Positions 1 through 11,373 of a stretch of 64,000 nucleotides of DNA are shown here, piece by piece. A program made the position numbers and the translations under genes. The notes under the pieces are model-generated. The model was not told where the DNA came from and did not search any database. It saw only the letters and a list, made by a program, of their open reading frames with translations. Position 1 is the stretch's first letter, and every line of letters starts with the position of its first letter. Source of the DNA: Squalus acanthias. Taxonomy: Eukaryota. The stretch lies in assembly GCA_030390025.1 (NCBI GenBank), contig CM059432.1, positions 98,272,001 to 98,336,000 on the forward strand. The letters run 5' to 3'.

Positions 1-123
1 CGCACATTCCACACTTTGCATACAGTAAGGGCTATTCACCTATGGGAGGCACATCAGGCAAGACCATGGCTGTATATTTACTCAGACGCCGTCCTTTTTC
101 TTTTTCTTGCATGCCAAGCTATC

Positions 124-1389
124 TCATAATAGGAAACAGCAGCAACGACAGGTGGAGGGCGGCCTCAGCTGCAACCGCTCAGCGATCTTGAGGAGCGCGT
201 CCAGAGGATTGTGGCAAGCCGGGTGATCAGTCCCGTCGCCACTGGAGAGGCCAACCCTGTTCTGGACAGCAATGGTAAGGTCATCACCTTTTTGTCCTCT
301 CTCCTTCCACTTGTCCCTCACAACACCAGCCTTTGACACTTTCAATCCAACTTACTAAATCGCTGCACTCATTCCTCACAGGAAAGCCACTCTTGTACCT
401 CCCTGCTTTCAGATGGTGATTCACCAGCTGAGGAGACGGGCCCTCAAGCTGCCAGTGGGAGTGAAGCTGCAGGCGAGGAGGAAGATGAAGCCAGAGCAGC
501 AGCGCCACCCTCTCCCGAGGAAGCCCGTGCCCACACTGGGAACACGCCTTCCCTGGAAGGGAGCAGGGGGGAAGGGTCTGATGATGGTGAAGCTCCAGGA
601 CCCAGCGGGCTGCAGCAACGCGATGGGGGTAGGGAAGCTCGGGGGCATTCTCCCCGGAGGGAGAGTATGCCAGCGAGTCCTCCTGCACTGGACGCAGAGG
701 AGGAGCGGCTGATCGCAGAAATGAACACCCAGGCGGTGGACATGCACACTGAGCTCATGGGTGCAGTGGGAAGGGTGCCCAAATGCATTGAATCACTGGC
801 AAGGAGTGTGGAGCACTTCGCTGTAGCACAGGCGGATGCCACGCAAATGTTTAGTGCTGCAATTCAGTCACTGGCTGCCGTGACCCCATCTCTGACTGCT
901 CTCATGCAGACTCAGATTGAGGCCACGTGAGCACTGACTGCTGCCATCCTCGCTGGTTCGGAAACATTTCCCCAGTGCTCTCATCGCGCCGCAGCAGGCC
1001 AGCAATCTGTGCTCCAGCAGATTGCTCCAGATGCTGAAGTGCTGCCCCGTGGGAGTGCCAGTGTGTCGGTCGAGCAGGGAGTTGCTGTCCTCTCTCAAGA
1101 TGACAGCATTCCTGCTGCCACCACTGTCACTTCTCCACTGCACTTGCCACCGCCTGTAGGACAGACTGCTGCCGCCCATGCAGAGTTGGTGCAGTCTGCA
1201 GCCGGGCCCTCCAGGCCCAGAGCTGGTCGAGGCCGTCCTTCAAGGGCATCTGCAGTCTTAGGTTCTGACAATCAGCAGCCTTGCACCAGCCTTGCTGCAG
1301 CCACTGGGGTCCCATTACGGAGGAGCAGTAGGGTGGGAAGGGGGGAAGTTTGCAAGGGAAGGAGATCACCCTCGAAGGGCAAAAAGTAG
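124..1389 (+). pseudogene. Harbinger ORF2 (Myb/SANT-like DNA-binding partner), 3' exons
   Basis: Exon encoding GGGRPQLQPLSDLEERV ends at ATG|gtaagg (~274). Acceptor ttcag| at ~411. Last exon has an in-frame stop at 930 and carries AVLSQDD and AGPSRPRA motifs shared with copies at 11359-12114 and 48053-48747. Confidence 0.75.
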
Positions 1390-1700
1390 GAGGTGTTACA
1401 AAATGTTGGTCATTTTTTTATTAAAGGCCGAGGTTCGTGGTCAAACTTTTGTTTAGTGTTTTGGATATTATCTCCAGGTTGTGAGAACCAGTTATGTTAA
1501 TGACTGTTTTTTTGTGTTTCTTTCTATTAGTTTGTCATGAAGAAATGACACACACAGAGTTTGTAAAATAAATATATTTTTGTAATAAAAATGTACATGT
1601 TTGGCCTTTGCAATCATTGCTGCCTTGGCCGGCTTAGGGGTTGCGGGTTGGTTTCATTCATGTTGTTCTTAATGGCAGAAGCCATTTCCTCAGCAGAGGC

Positions 1701-2848
1701 CTAGAAGCGGCTTGCTATCAGCCGTTGACGGACGGCCCTTCCAGTTTCTACATTGTGGGCCTCCCTCCCGCCTTGGTGCTGCTGATGATCATCCTCCTCC
1801 TCTTCCTCCTCCTCTTCCTCCTCCTCCTCTGGTGGTGCTCCAAGGCCTGGTGGCATTGGCTGGGTCCTGACGATTGCCATGTTATGCAACATGCAGCACA
1901 CAACGAAGAGGGAGACTCGCTCAGGCGAGTACTGCAGGGCTCCTCCTGAGTGGTCCAGACAGCGGAACCGTTGCTTGAGCACGCCGCTTGTGTGCTCAAC
2001 GATGTTCCTGGTAGCTTGATGGCTCTTGTTGTACCGCAGCTCAGCAGGGGTGTTGGGGTTACGGAGCAGTGTCATCAGCCAGGTGCACAGTGGATATCCC
2101 TTGTCCCCGAGAAGCCAACCACCTGGGTGATACGGTGCCTGGAAAAGTTCTGCCACAGTAGTCTGGCGCAGGATGTATGCATCGTGGCTGCTGCCAGGAT
2201 AGCAGGCATTGACAGCGAGTATCAGCTGTCTGTGCAGACCAACTGCACGTTTAAGGAATGGAACCCCTTTCAGTTGCAGAAATCCTCTGCATTCTCATGC
2301 GGAGCACGCAAAGCCACATGCGTGCAGTCAATGGCGCCCTGCACCATGGGGAAGCCCGCTATCCTCGCAATGCCCATAGCGTGTTCATGCTGCTTGGCCG
2401 GGGTCATGGGGAAAGAGATGTACTGTCATCTTCTTTTATAGAGGGCACTTGTGACCTGACGGATGCAGCAATGGACCGTGAACTGGGAGATATTGGCGAT
2501 GTCCCCAGTAGCTGATTGAAATGAACCGGTGGCATAAAAGTTGAGAGCCACTGTTATCTTCACTGCCACCGACAGAGACGTCCTGCTCCTCAGTAGAGGC
2601 TGCAGATCTGGCTGCAGCAGGTGGCAGAGCTCAGTGACCACCTCCTTGCTGAAGCGCTGCCTTCGCAAACACTGCTCCTCAGACATATTAATGTTTGAGA
2701 ATTGTTGGCAAAATACCCTGGGAGGGTAAGGTCTCCTGTACAGAGGCCTGTTGGCCCTCCTCCATCTGGCCATGATTGCCACTCTCTCTCTCTGTGGCCT
2801 CCGATTCTGCTGGCGCAGGACGACACCCCCAATTAGTGCAGCCCCCAT
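1701..2848 (-). pseudogene. Harbinger (HARBI1-like) DDE transposase, disrupted
   Basis: MGAALI start at 2848; motifs ALNFYATGSFQ, GAIDCTH, GSSHDAYIL, WLLGDKGYP, RNIVEH and CCMLHN; internal stops and a frameshift. Confidence 0.92.
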
Positions 2849-3374
2849 AGTCTCTTGGCAATCAAAGTAATGAAGGTCAAAAACCAAAGTACCTGCAAAT
2901 TTATGCTCAGTAGACAAAACTACCTCACACAGCGTTTACTCAATGCAGAAGTCTCTCTTTCTCTCTCTCAAAATCTCTCTCTCTCTCTCAGAATGAGTGG
3001 TGCAAAAATGTCTACCACAGAAAAAGCCAGGAAGAGGCCCCCTTTAAATAGCGACCCCCAGCCCCACAGCGACTGGGAAGCGTTCCAGTCTACCTGTCGT
3101 TGGTTGCGCCAGGCGGAAAGGAGGGGGGCGCCACTCAATTTCCGTTCTGGGGCGCCCCAAGGGCATTGCACGCTCGAATGACGTCAAGATCTGCGTGCGC
3201 AGGAGATCGGGGCGGTATTGTTTAGCGCCACCGCAAAATGTCCGGTTAATTTCGCGCGAGGTGCAGATATCGCCGCGCCTGGGTGCTAGTTGCTTTGCGC
3301 CCCATTAGCGCCCTCTTAAGGCGCTAACAGGAGGCGCAAACCAACTGAATTTTTCCCCCTATGACTCTATGGAA

Positions 3375-3890
3375 GTACACTGTAGGAGCAGTAACTAAAG
3401 GGAATGCTTCCGTGTCGCTTGAACATTGAGAAAAAGGCGCTTTCAGTGATCGCAACGTTTATTACTTGCACCAGTCTGCTGCCTGTGCAAAATTTTTTAC
3501 ACCTTTTCCTCAAACATCTCCAAATGCTGCACTTTCTGAAAGTGATGGGGGCTGCGATGGAAAGTCGCCCAGGTCGCGTTGAAAAACACCACTGATGACT
3601 ATGAGGTTATACAACGTGAATGACTCTTCCCTTTAAGAGGTGGAAGCAGCCTGTGTGATTAAAGAGTGCCGTTTGGACTGTGCATGACCTTCTTTATCAC
3701 TCTGCCAGTAGTGCCCCGCTCTCAGAGGTTAGCACCCTAAGTTAGGAGTGCAGCGCTTGATTTAGCGCTCCACTTCCCTCTTGGAGCACTAACAATAAAT
3801 TTTGCGGGAGTCGACAATGATTAGCACCTGGCGCTAATTCTTCAACTTTTAAAGTTTTAGCTCCCCAAACGGGGCTATACTGAATTTCTG
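3375..3890 (-). mobile_element. Harbinger-type MITE remnant related to 28923-29680
   Basis: Shares AGCGCTTGATTTAGCGCTCCACTTCCCTCTTGGAG and CCCCAAACGGGGC...GAATTTC with the reverse complement of the 28194/28923 MITEs. Confidence 0.6.
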
Positions 3891-4099
3891 TGCATTGGAG
3901 CAGATGTGTGTGCTAAATATACGTTAGTGTTGTAATAATCATGGAGATAAGAATGTCTCTGGTCACTTTGTGTAGTGACACCATAAATACCTTAGTGAAG
4001 ATTTCTTCTATTTGCTACTTCTAAAAAAAATTATGATTTTGCTAGAAATCCTGAACAAAAAGTGTTCACAAACGTATTTACAATGTCACTACAAACAAC

Positions 4100-5030
4100 G
4101 ATCAGAGGGGTTTTTACCCATCGCAAGTTGGCGTTAATGAAAGAGTTGCTAACTTTCCCCTGCTCGTAAGATTGCTCCTGGGAGTAAACAGGGGTGTAGC
4201 ATGTTAAAGTATTGACCCAGCATTAATGTGTTTTTTGGCTAGTTAAAGGCTTGTTAAGCGGTAATTAACTGGATTTGCGCAATATCACTCAGGCTTGACT
4301 TTAATCTCACTTTGTATTAATGATACCCTAATAAAAGCTGCCAGTCAAGCAGAGAAGGAAGTTGGCAGGAATCCAGCAAGAAGCAGAGCAAAAGATGTCA
4401 AACCAAGCTACTCAACTTTTAGAGTGTATACAACAGTAGGGAGCAACAGCAGCCCTCACTATGCTAAACATATTGGAGGAGTCGAAGGAGCAAGAGAAAG
4501 GAGAGTGAGGAGGAGGAGAAAAAGAAAGGGAGGGTCTGGTAGGTCTGAGGTTGTATGAGCAGGCCCATGAGAGTTTGTTTCTAGCCCAAGTGACGCAGTT
4601 ACTTCAACACAACCGAGGAGTACAATGTGAGGAATATTCACCTCATTATGGACACCATTCCAGAACTCTGCCATTTCTTGGAACTAGATCTGTAGTAAGG
4701 CAGCACCTCATTGCCAGGAGCAGTAAAAATGAAATTGGCACTCAAATTTTATGTCACAGAGTCTGTTCAAGCACTGGCTGGTGACCTTGCAAGGATCAGT
4801 CAGTTTGCAACTGAGCACTGCATTACCCAAATCACAGAGGCACTTTCTCAACAAGCCTGCTACTCAATTAGATTCAGCATCAGGATATAGAGGTAGCTGG
4901 AGAGACAGTCACAGTTCTATGAAAAGTACGGCATTCTAAGTTTACAAGGCATGGTCAACTGGACCCATGCCGTTCATCAACAGGAAAGAATAGCACTCCA
5001 TAAAAAATTCAATCAGTCACATTCACTGAC
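4100..5030 (+). pseudogene. Highly degenerate Harbinger transposase 5' fragment
   Basis: Arg-rich leader followed by sequence loosely resembling the transposase N-terminus of the other copies; many lesions. Confidence 0.4.
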
Positions 5031-5259
5031 AAAAAGTCTGCAAATAAATGTATGTTTCACTTTGGTTGCAAGCAGAAAATCAACAGTTGCGGATTGGCTG
5101 CCCATTATTCACCCCGTCCAATTTTCCTTTCCATTCTGGCACCTTTACACAATTAGACCTGTGTTCATTTTTTAAAAGGAGATTGCAAGGTTGCAGAATA
5201 AATATATTCCATTAAAAAGGATGAGATTACTTCTGGTTTCAGAATGCAAAGCAGAAATA

Positions 5260-6600
5260 ATGACGTTAGAAACAAACTAAAATTGAAGAAGATGGTATAC
5301 GAGGCCTATAGGTGTTCTAGAAATGACAAACACAAGAGAGAATAGGAGGAAAGGAGGAAAGAGGTTAAGAAAGGGATAAGGAAAGTAAGGAGAAAGTATG
5401 AGGAGAAAATCTCAAAAAATATTAAGAAGAACAGTATTTTGCAAATATTTCAGTAGAAAGAGAATTGTCAAATGTGAGGTGGGTCCCTGAGGGGAGAGAA
5501 TAGTGAGTTAATAGAAGGGAAGCAGAAGTTTCTGGGGATACTTAATAAGTTCTTCATTTCTGAGTTTACAAAAGAGAAGGTTATTGAGGAGGAAGTAAAT
5601 TCTGAATTGATTGAAATAAAATGAGAAATATTATAATAAATAAAAGTATCGGAGAGGTTAGTTAAGTTGAAGGAGGACACAGTACCACAACCTGCCGGAG
5701 TACATCAGAGGGTCCTGAGGGAAATAGGGGACGAATTAGTGGAGGCGCTAGAAATTATGGGCTAGATTTTCTTGGGGAAGGCAGGTTGGGGGCGGTGGGG
5801 GGGGAGCTCTGATGCGGGTGGGAAACACGGGAGAACGACTTTAACGGCAAGGCCTGATTTGCATCTGAAGCCTTGGTTTCCTGTCCGCAGCCAGTCAGAT
5901 GGAGAGGCTGGCTGGCTGCGGCGAGCAGGCCTGCGGCAATAGGCCGCACAGAGGAGGGAGGGAGGGATTGGGTGAGGGCCGTTGTCGACCTCCGGGGGAC
6001 GGGGGTGGGAGAGGGGAAGAAGATCGTGACCGACCACCGGAGGATTGTGGCTGGCCTGAGGACCATCGGGGGCGGGGAGGGAAGAAAACATTGCATTGGG
6101 GCCGGCCACCGGAGGATCGTGGCCGGCCTCAGGATGATCATTGGGGGGGCGGTCCGGGAAGGTGATCGGAAGCCTCGTGAGGGGGGTCTCCGATCGTGGG
6201 GGTTAGGTTAGGCAGGGACCCTGCATCCAGGAGGTAAGTATAAAGGCACTTACTTCCTGGATCAAGCAGTCTCCGCCTTGCTGTAATTGCTGAGTTTTAC
6301 GAATTGTGTAAAACTCGTCCACATTCCACATGCAGTTAAAAACAAAATGGTGATTAAAAAAAAGGCTTCCAGCCTCATTATAATATATAAATTGACGTCC
6401 CACTTCCTGGGAGTGGGCTGGTCGCCCGGACCCGTCCCGCCCCCCTGTCCCACCTCCGTTAAAACTGGAATTGGCAGGTTGGAGGCGGGTTCAGGTCAGG
6501 GATCCCATTTTTAACAATTTACCTACCCCGACGCTCCAAACTCACCCATATTTTTAAGTTAAAATTCCCCCCTATATTTCAGAGTTCTATTGAGAGTGAG
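5260..6600 (+). mobile_element. Old CR1 LINE ORF2 fragment interrupted by a MITE
   Basis: Degenerate HQRVLREIGDELVEALEIIFQSS motif, continuous across the 5759-6572 insertion. Confidence 0.6.
5759..6572. mobile_element. Harbinger-type MITE
   Basis: Imperfect TIRs GGGCTAGATTTT / AAAATTCCCCCC and a TAT duplication (5756-5758, 6573-6575). Removing it restores the CR1 frame ALEIIFQSS. Confidence 0.75.
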
Positions 6601-7109
6601 TGGGGGCTAAATTGGGCTGTGTAGCGCGCATGTTTTAGGCACTGCGCAGCCACATAAGGATCAAAAATGGGGTCTGAGATGCGTCTAACTGACGGGGTCT
6701 AACAGGAAGTGCGCCGGACGCCATCTTGGTAAAGTGATTTGCGCGAGTGCACCTAATGACCACCGGCAGCATGCAGAGCAGATAGATTATGACATCAATC
6801 AATGTGCAATGCTGATTTGACACCAGTGCTACCATTTTCGAACTCCACACTTCAGCCAATGCCCTGTCTTAACCTCGCGCTGCTCACCATGATGTTAAAC
6901 GGAATGAAGGACGCTCCACCAGCGCTATTTAAAGGGATCATGAACTACTTACATGTTAGTTGCTGGATTATTTCTTCTGGCTGCTGGTGCAATTGTATGT
7001 GTTTTTGGAGCTTTCCAATGCTTGGCTAAAGTTTGAACACACTACAGGGAGTAGTCTGGCTGGTGCTGAAGTACTTATCTGTTCATTTAAAAGCTTGTGT
7101 TAAAACAAT

Positions 7110-8755
7110 TTGCTTCTAGACCTGGGTGGCCTGGTAGGGCTTCCTCTGGGAATCGAGCATGACTGGGAGAATGAAGAGAGGCCACGCAGAGCAGGACAAG
7201 CTGCTAGAAGAGAGAGAAAGAAGAGGGGGAGAAGGGCTCTCAGCAGGAGGCCATATCCACCAAGGGTCTTTAGGGAACAATTCTCTTACCTCAACTTCAG
7301 TGAGGACCAATGCATGAAACATCTTTGTTTCATTAAAGAGGTTGTGACTGAAATCTGCCAACTGCTGCAGCCACAACTGCAACCTCAAAACAGGGCAAGG
7401 ACAGCATTGTCTGTGCCTATCAAGGTGGCCATGGCTCTTACCTTTTATGGGTCTGGCTCCTTCCAGGCTGCTGCTGGAGATATAAGCAACACCTCACAGT
7501 CTCGCAGTGCACTGTTGTATAAGGGAGGTCACTGAGGTTCTCTATACACAGAAGACAGTTTAATCTCATTGCTTCTTGCCAGTGACAAGCAGGCGTAGCA
7601 ACATGAGAGTTTGCATGGATTGCAGGCTTCCCCATGGTGCAGGATGTAATTAACTGCACGCACATTGATTTGCTGGCACCTCATGTCAACTTGGCCATTT
7701 TTTTGAACCAAAAGGGTTTTCACTCACTCAATGTGCAGCTGGTGTGCGTCCTTAGACAGCGTATCATGCAGGTGAATGCCCATTGTCCTGGTAGCAGTCA
7801 TGATTCCTTCATTCTGTAGCAGTCCTCTGTGCCGCCTGTATTTGACCCACCACGGCAAGTCAAAGGCTAGCTACTTAGAAACATAGAAAAATAGGAGCAG
7901 GAGTAGGCCATTCAGCCCTTCGAGCCTGCTCCGCCATTCAATATGATCATGGCTGATCCTCTATCTCAATACCATATTCCCGCTCTCTCCCCATAGCCCT
8001 TGATGCCTTTTGTGTCTAGAAATCTATCTATCTCTTTCTTAAATATATTCAGTGACTTGGCCTCCACAGCCTTCTGAGGTAGAGAATTCCACAGGTTCAC
8101 CACCCTCTGAGTGAAGAAATGTCTCCTCATCTCAGTCCTAAATATCCTGCCCCGTATCCTGAGACTGTGACCCCTCGTTCTAGACCCCCCAGCCAGGGGA
8201 AACATCCTCTCTGCATCCAGTCTGTCCAGCACAGTCAGAATTTTATAAGCGGTACAAAAATAAAAACCACCAGAAAATGTACATTCTAATCCAATTTTAT
8301 AAATTCAATCATTACAAAATGCATACAAAATTTATACTGGGCGACAAGGTTATCCACTCATGACATGCTCATGACTCCTGTCAGGAACCCATGCACTGTA
8401 AGCCTACAATGAGAGTCATGCTGCCACAAGGAACATTATAGAGCACACCATCGGCATCCACAAGCTACGGTTCCACTGCCTGGCCCAATCTGGACTGAGC
8501 GGGTATCAAGATTTGTGGTAATATGCTGCGTGCTGCACAACCTGGCCATTATGAGAGAACAGCCCTTGCCACCAACTATCAGGTGAGAAGCTGAGGAGCA
8601 GGAGCACGAGGATGAAGAGGAGGAGGGGGAAATGAAGGAGGAGGAAGTACAACAGGAAGTGGAGGAAGACGAGGAGGAAGGAAGGCTACAACATAGGCAG
8701 CCTCTTTCTGCCTGATCTCTACACGATCACATTATTCATAAGTGATACCGGTAAC
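7110..8755 (+). pseudogene. Harbinger transposase, disrupted and split by a CR1 at 7877-8250
   Basis: RRPYPPRVFREQFSYL, FYGSGSFQ, NCTH, KGFHSLNVQLVC, GSSHDSFIL, LLGDK and CCVLHN motifs; poly-Glu tail. Confidence 0.88.
7877..8250 (-). mobile_element. 5'-truncated CR1 LINE 3' end
   Basis: RTRGHSLRIRG...FFTQRVVNLWNSLPQKAVEA C-terminus, 3' UTR and CATAGAAA tail. Confidence 0.92.
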
Positions 8756-9071
8756 CTCAACCAAACCTCGCCATTCACCAACAGTCCCACACTCCGTACC
8801 GTTCCTCTATCACTGACCATCACATCGTCCTCTTTCTGACAACACAAAAATAAAAACCACCAGAAAATGTACATTCTAATCCAATTTTATAAATTCAATC
8901 ATTACAAAATGCATACAAAATTAAACTAATCACTCTTGTGCATTCCTTTAGTGCCTGTCTTCCGTGTGTCTTTGCCTCTCCTAGTGCTCCTGTGCAGTGC
9001 TTCCCCAATGGCTGCAGCATAGGTGGTGGTGTGAAGGAATAAGCCCTATAACCTATTCAGAAAAATACACT

Positions 9072-10263
9072 GGGCCAGAAATTCGTCTGTTGTCGGGTGA
9101 GTACGCGCTGTGTACTCACCCGTAAGGCCACCTGAAGTGCCGGTTTCCTGCATGCACTGCGCATGCGCGGGAAACCGGAACTTCCGTTCCCCTGAAGGGT
9201 GGGGTTCGGAAGTCGAACACGTGTGCGGGAGAGGCTGTGCGCACGCAGCGAACTTCAATTTTTTTTTCAGGTTTCTCCGGGAAGGTAAGTATGAAGAAGC
9301 TGCGCTTTTAAAAAGAAGGCGCAAGGCCTGTTTTTAACAAGGTAAGTGGTTAATTAATTACAATTTAAACATTTTTTCAACAGGTTTATCTTTTTTAGAT
9401 ACTTTAAAGAAAGGTAAGTTTATTTTTAGCACCATTACAAAGTATAATTAATTTTTTCAAAAAATTAAATTTTTGGTTAATGTAGTTACAGGAAACTTTC
9501 GTTTATCCGGCATCGACGGGACCGGCGTGGTGCCGGTTTATCAAAAGTACCGGATAACAGAGAGTTACATCTACCGAGGCTATTTTTAACAAAGAGACTC
9601 CAAGCAGCACGGGAGAATCTACTCATGCTACTGCAATGTTTCGGACTTGCGACAGCGCCAGGAGGCCGAGTAGTGGCACTTTTGAAAAGTACCCCTACTG
9701 ACTAAATCGGCGTTCGCGGACTCGGACTCGGACTCGGGATCGGCAACATTGCCGGTTATTTGAGAGGATTTTTCGGAGCACTCGGCGTTCGCGGAGACTC
9801 GACTGCGACTCGGCAACATTGCCGGTTATTTGAGAGGAGTTTTCGGAGGATGATTTTTGCCGGTTAAGCGAGAATTCCGGATATTTGGGTGCCGGATAAA
9901 CGAAAGTTTCCTGTAATTTATTTAACTTGTAGTTATTTTAAAAAGGTGATGTTTTTTTTTAAATTTATTTGAAGTTTAAGTGTGGTTTTGGGGCCGATCT
10001 CTACTCATAGATTTGACAGGTCTTCCTGTCAAATCTATGAATGAAAATGCCCTGCTAGGATTGGCTCTCCGTGGCCCACGTGATCCCAGGGGACGCTTCG
10101 AACTAACTGCGCCCCTGGGATACACAAGCACTGCGCGCCGGCAGCTGGAGGAGGCCCAGGACCCGAAGTCCTCGTGGGCCCAAAGCACAACTGCAGGCGT
10201 GGTGGGCAAGTACGCGCGTGATGCTTGCACCCGCAGGAAGCCTGAAAGCTGAATTTCTGGCCC
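9072..10263. mobile_element. Harbinger-type MITE
   Basis: Perfect 13-bp TIR GGGCCAGAAATTC and ACT duplication; related to 17967-18724. Confidence 0.88.
9489..9913. mobile_element. Tc1/mariner (pogo/Tigger-like) MITE
   Basis: Perfect 24-bp TIR CAGGAAACTTTCGTTTATCCGGCA with TA duplication; internal TGCCGG(T/A)TA repeats and a ~70-bp tandem duplication around 9706-9850. Confidence 0.88.
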
Positions 10264-11373
10264 ACTATCTTTTGAAAGAATTCTGGCCTTATTAAAACAT
10301 GACTAACTGGGTTTGCAAATCTAGAAACCTAACTATGAAAAAGCTGTGAAAGCATTCTGGCTATAGAGATAAGATAGTTGTTGACACTGAATCAATAACC
10401 TTATTGAAACAGAAGGTTAAAGGCTCCAGCAGGCTGAACCTTTTGGAATGAAACAATGGTTCACCCTGGACAAGGTGTTCTAATTTACACTTCGTAAAGA
10501 AGCACATAAAAGTAAGAAACATCTGCCTTCGTAAAAATGACATCAAGTAAAAAAAACACCTGCCGTAACACCGTTTTTTATGGTAAACTTAGAACACCTA
10601 GAGGAGAGACATAATTCTGTAATGCTACCAGCTGAGGTGACTATAAGAATTGCAGGGGTCAGCAGAAAAATGACTAGAGATAATTAGATTACATCAGCAG
10701 AAAATCTTAAAGGAAATACCACTGGAAAAGGGGATAAATATTGAACTCTCAAATGGGATAGCAGACTCGCTTTAAAGGGGCAAAGCGATTCTCGGCTTCA
10801 GAGGTGGCTCTGTAAGTCTCCAACTCTTTGTACCTTGGGAATCAAAGGTATTTGATTTTGGTGGATATCCTGAATAGAACTTGAAGAACTGTAAAACTGT
10901 AGCGAAGTTAAGATTTGAGAGTAAGGTTCTCTGATAATAGAATTGTAAGCTTTCTCTTTTTGGAACTGTTAATGTTGCGATTGACTCACCAACTGTAAAT
11001 TACATGTCGGCTCTTTAATAAATCTATATATTTTCAGAATTGTCTCACATAAGACTTCTGTATCAAACTCGCGAACTCAATCTCTGTACACTCTTTGGTG
11101 AGGAGTTGCAGAATTCTGGGGGAGTTTTCCGGACCCTCATAATATCCAGAATGTTACAGTCTAGCTAAACCTATTAAAAGTGCTATCTGGAGGATGGTAA
11201 CATTTTCAGGTTGTTCCTTTCCTTTAGGGAGAGATAGTCCGGACCTTTAGGCCCAATTAAGCGTCTTTAGGATTCGGCTACCTCAAACTTTAGTTGAAAG
11301 TGAACGTCTGAGGAATACGCCTGATCCGGGGTAGCCCTAAAGGGACTAGGACTAGTAATTATCCCTTCAGTGG

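Larger units (their letters stand above)
1..3359 (-). mobile_element. PIF/Harbinger DNA transposon, copy 1 (left end lies outside the window), with convergent transposase and Myb/SANT-type genes
   Basis: Transposase remnant on - strand and ORF2 exons on + strand. Ends in the TIR ...CAACTGAATTTTTCCCCC at 3359, also seen on the MITEs at 26209 and 38956. Confidence 0.9.
9030..11369 (+). mobile_element. Probable solo LTR (about 1.15 kb after removing nested MITEs) inserted in Harbinger ORF2
   Basis: Ends TGTGAAGGAATA...TATCCCTTCA form an imperfect inverted repeat; GTGG duplication (9026-9029, 11370-11373); AATAAA near 11017; no coding capacity. Confidence 0.6.

Noticed and set aside
1701..2917. 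Host HARBI1 gene
   Set aside because: Stops and a frameshift, an adjacent Myb ORF, TIRs and multiple copies show it is a transposon remnant.
5755..6211. Overlapping Pro/Gly-rich ORFs with short repeats
   Set aside because: GC-rich MITE interior with repeated CCACCGGAGGAT units; no coding signature.
9706..9850. CRISPR-like repeat array
   Set aside because: Only a two-unit tandem duplication plus GGACTC repeats inside a MITE, in eukaryotic DNA.
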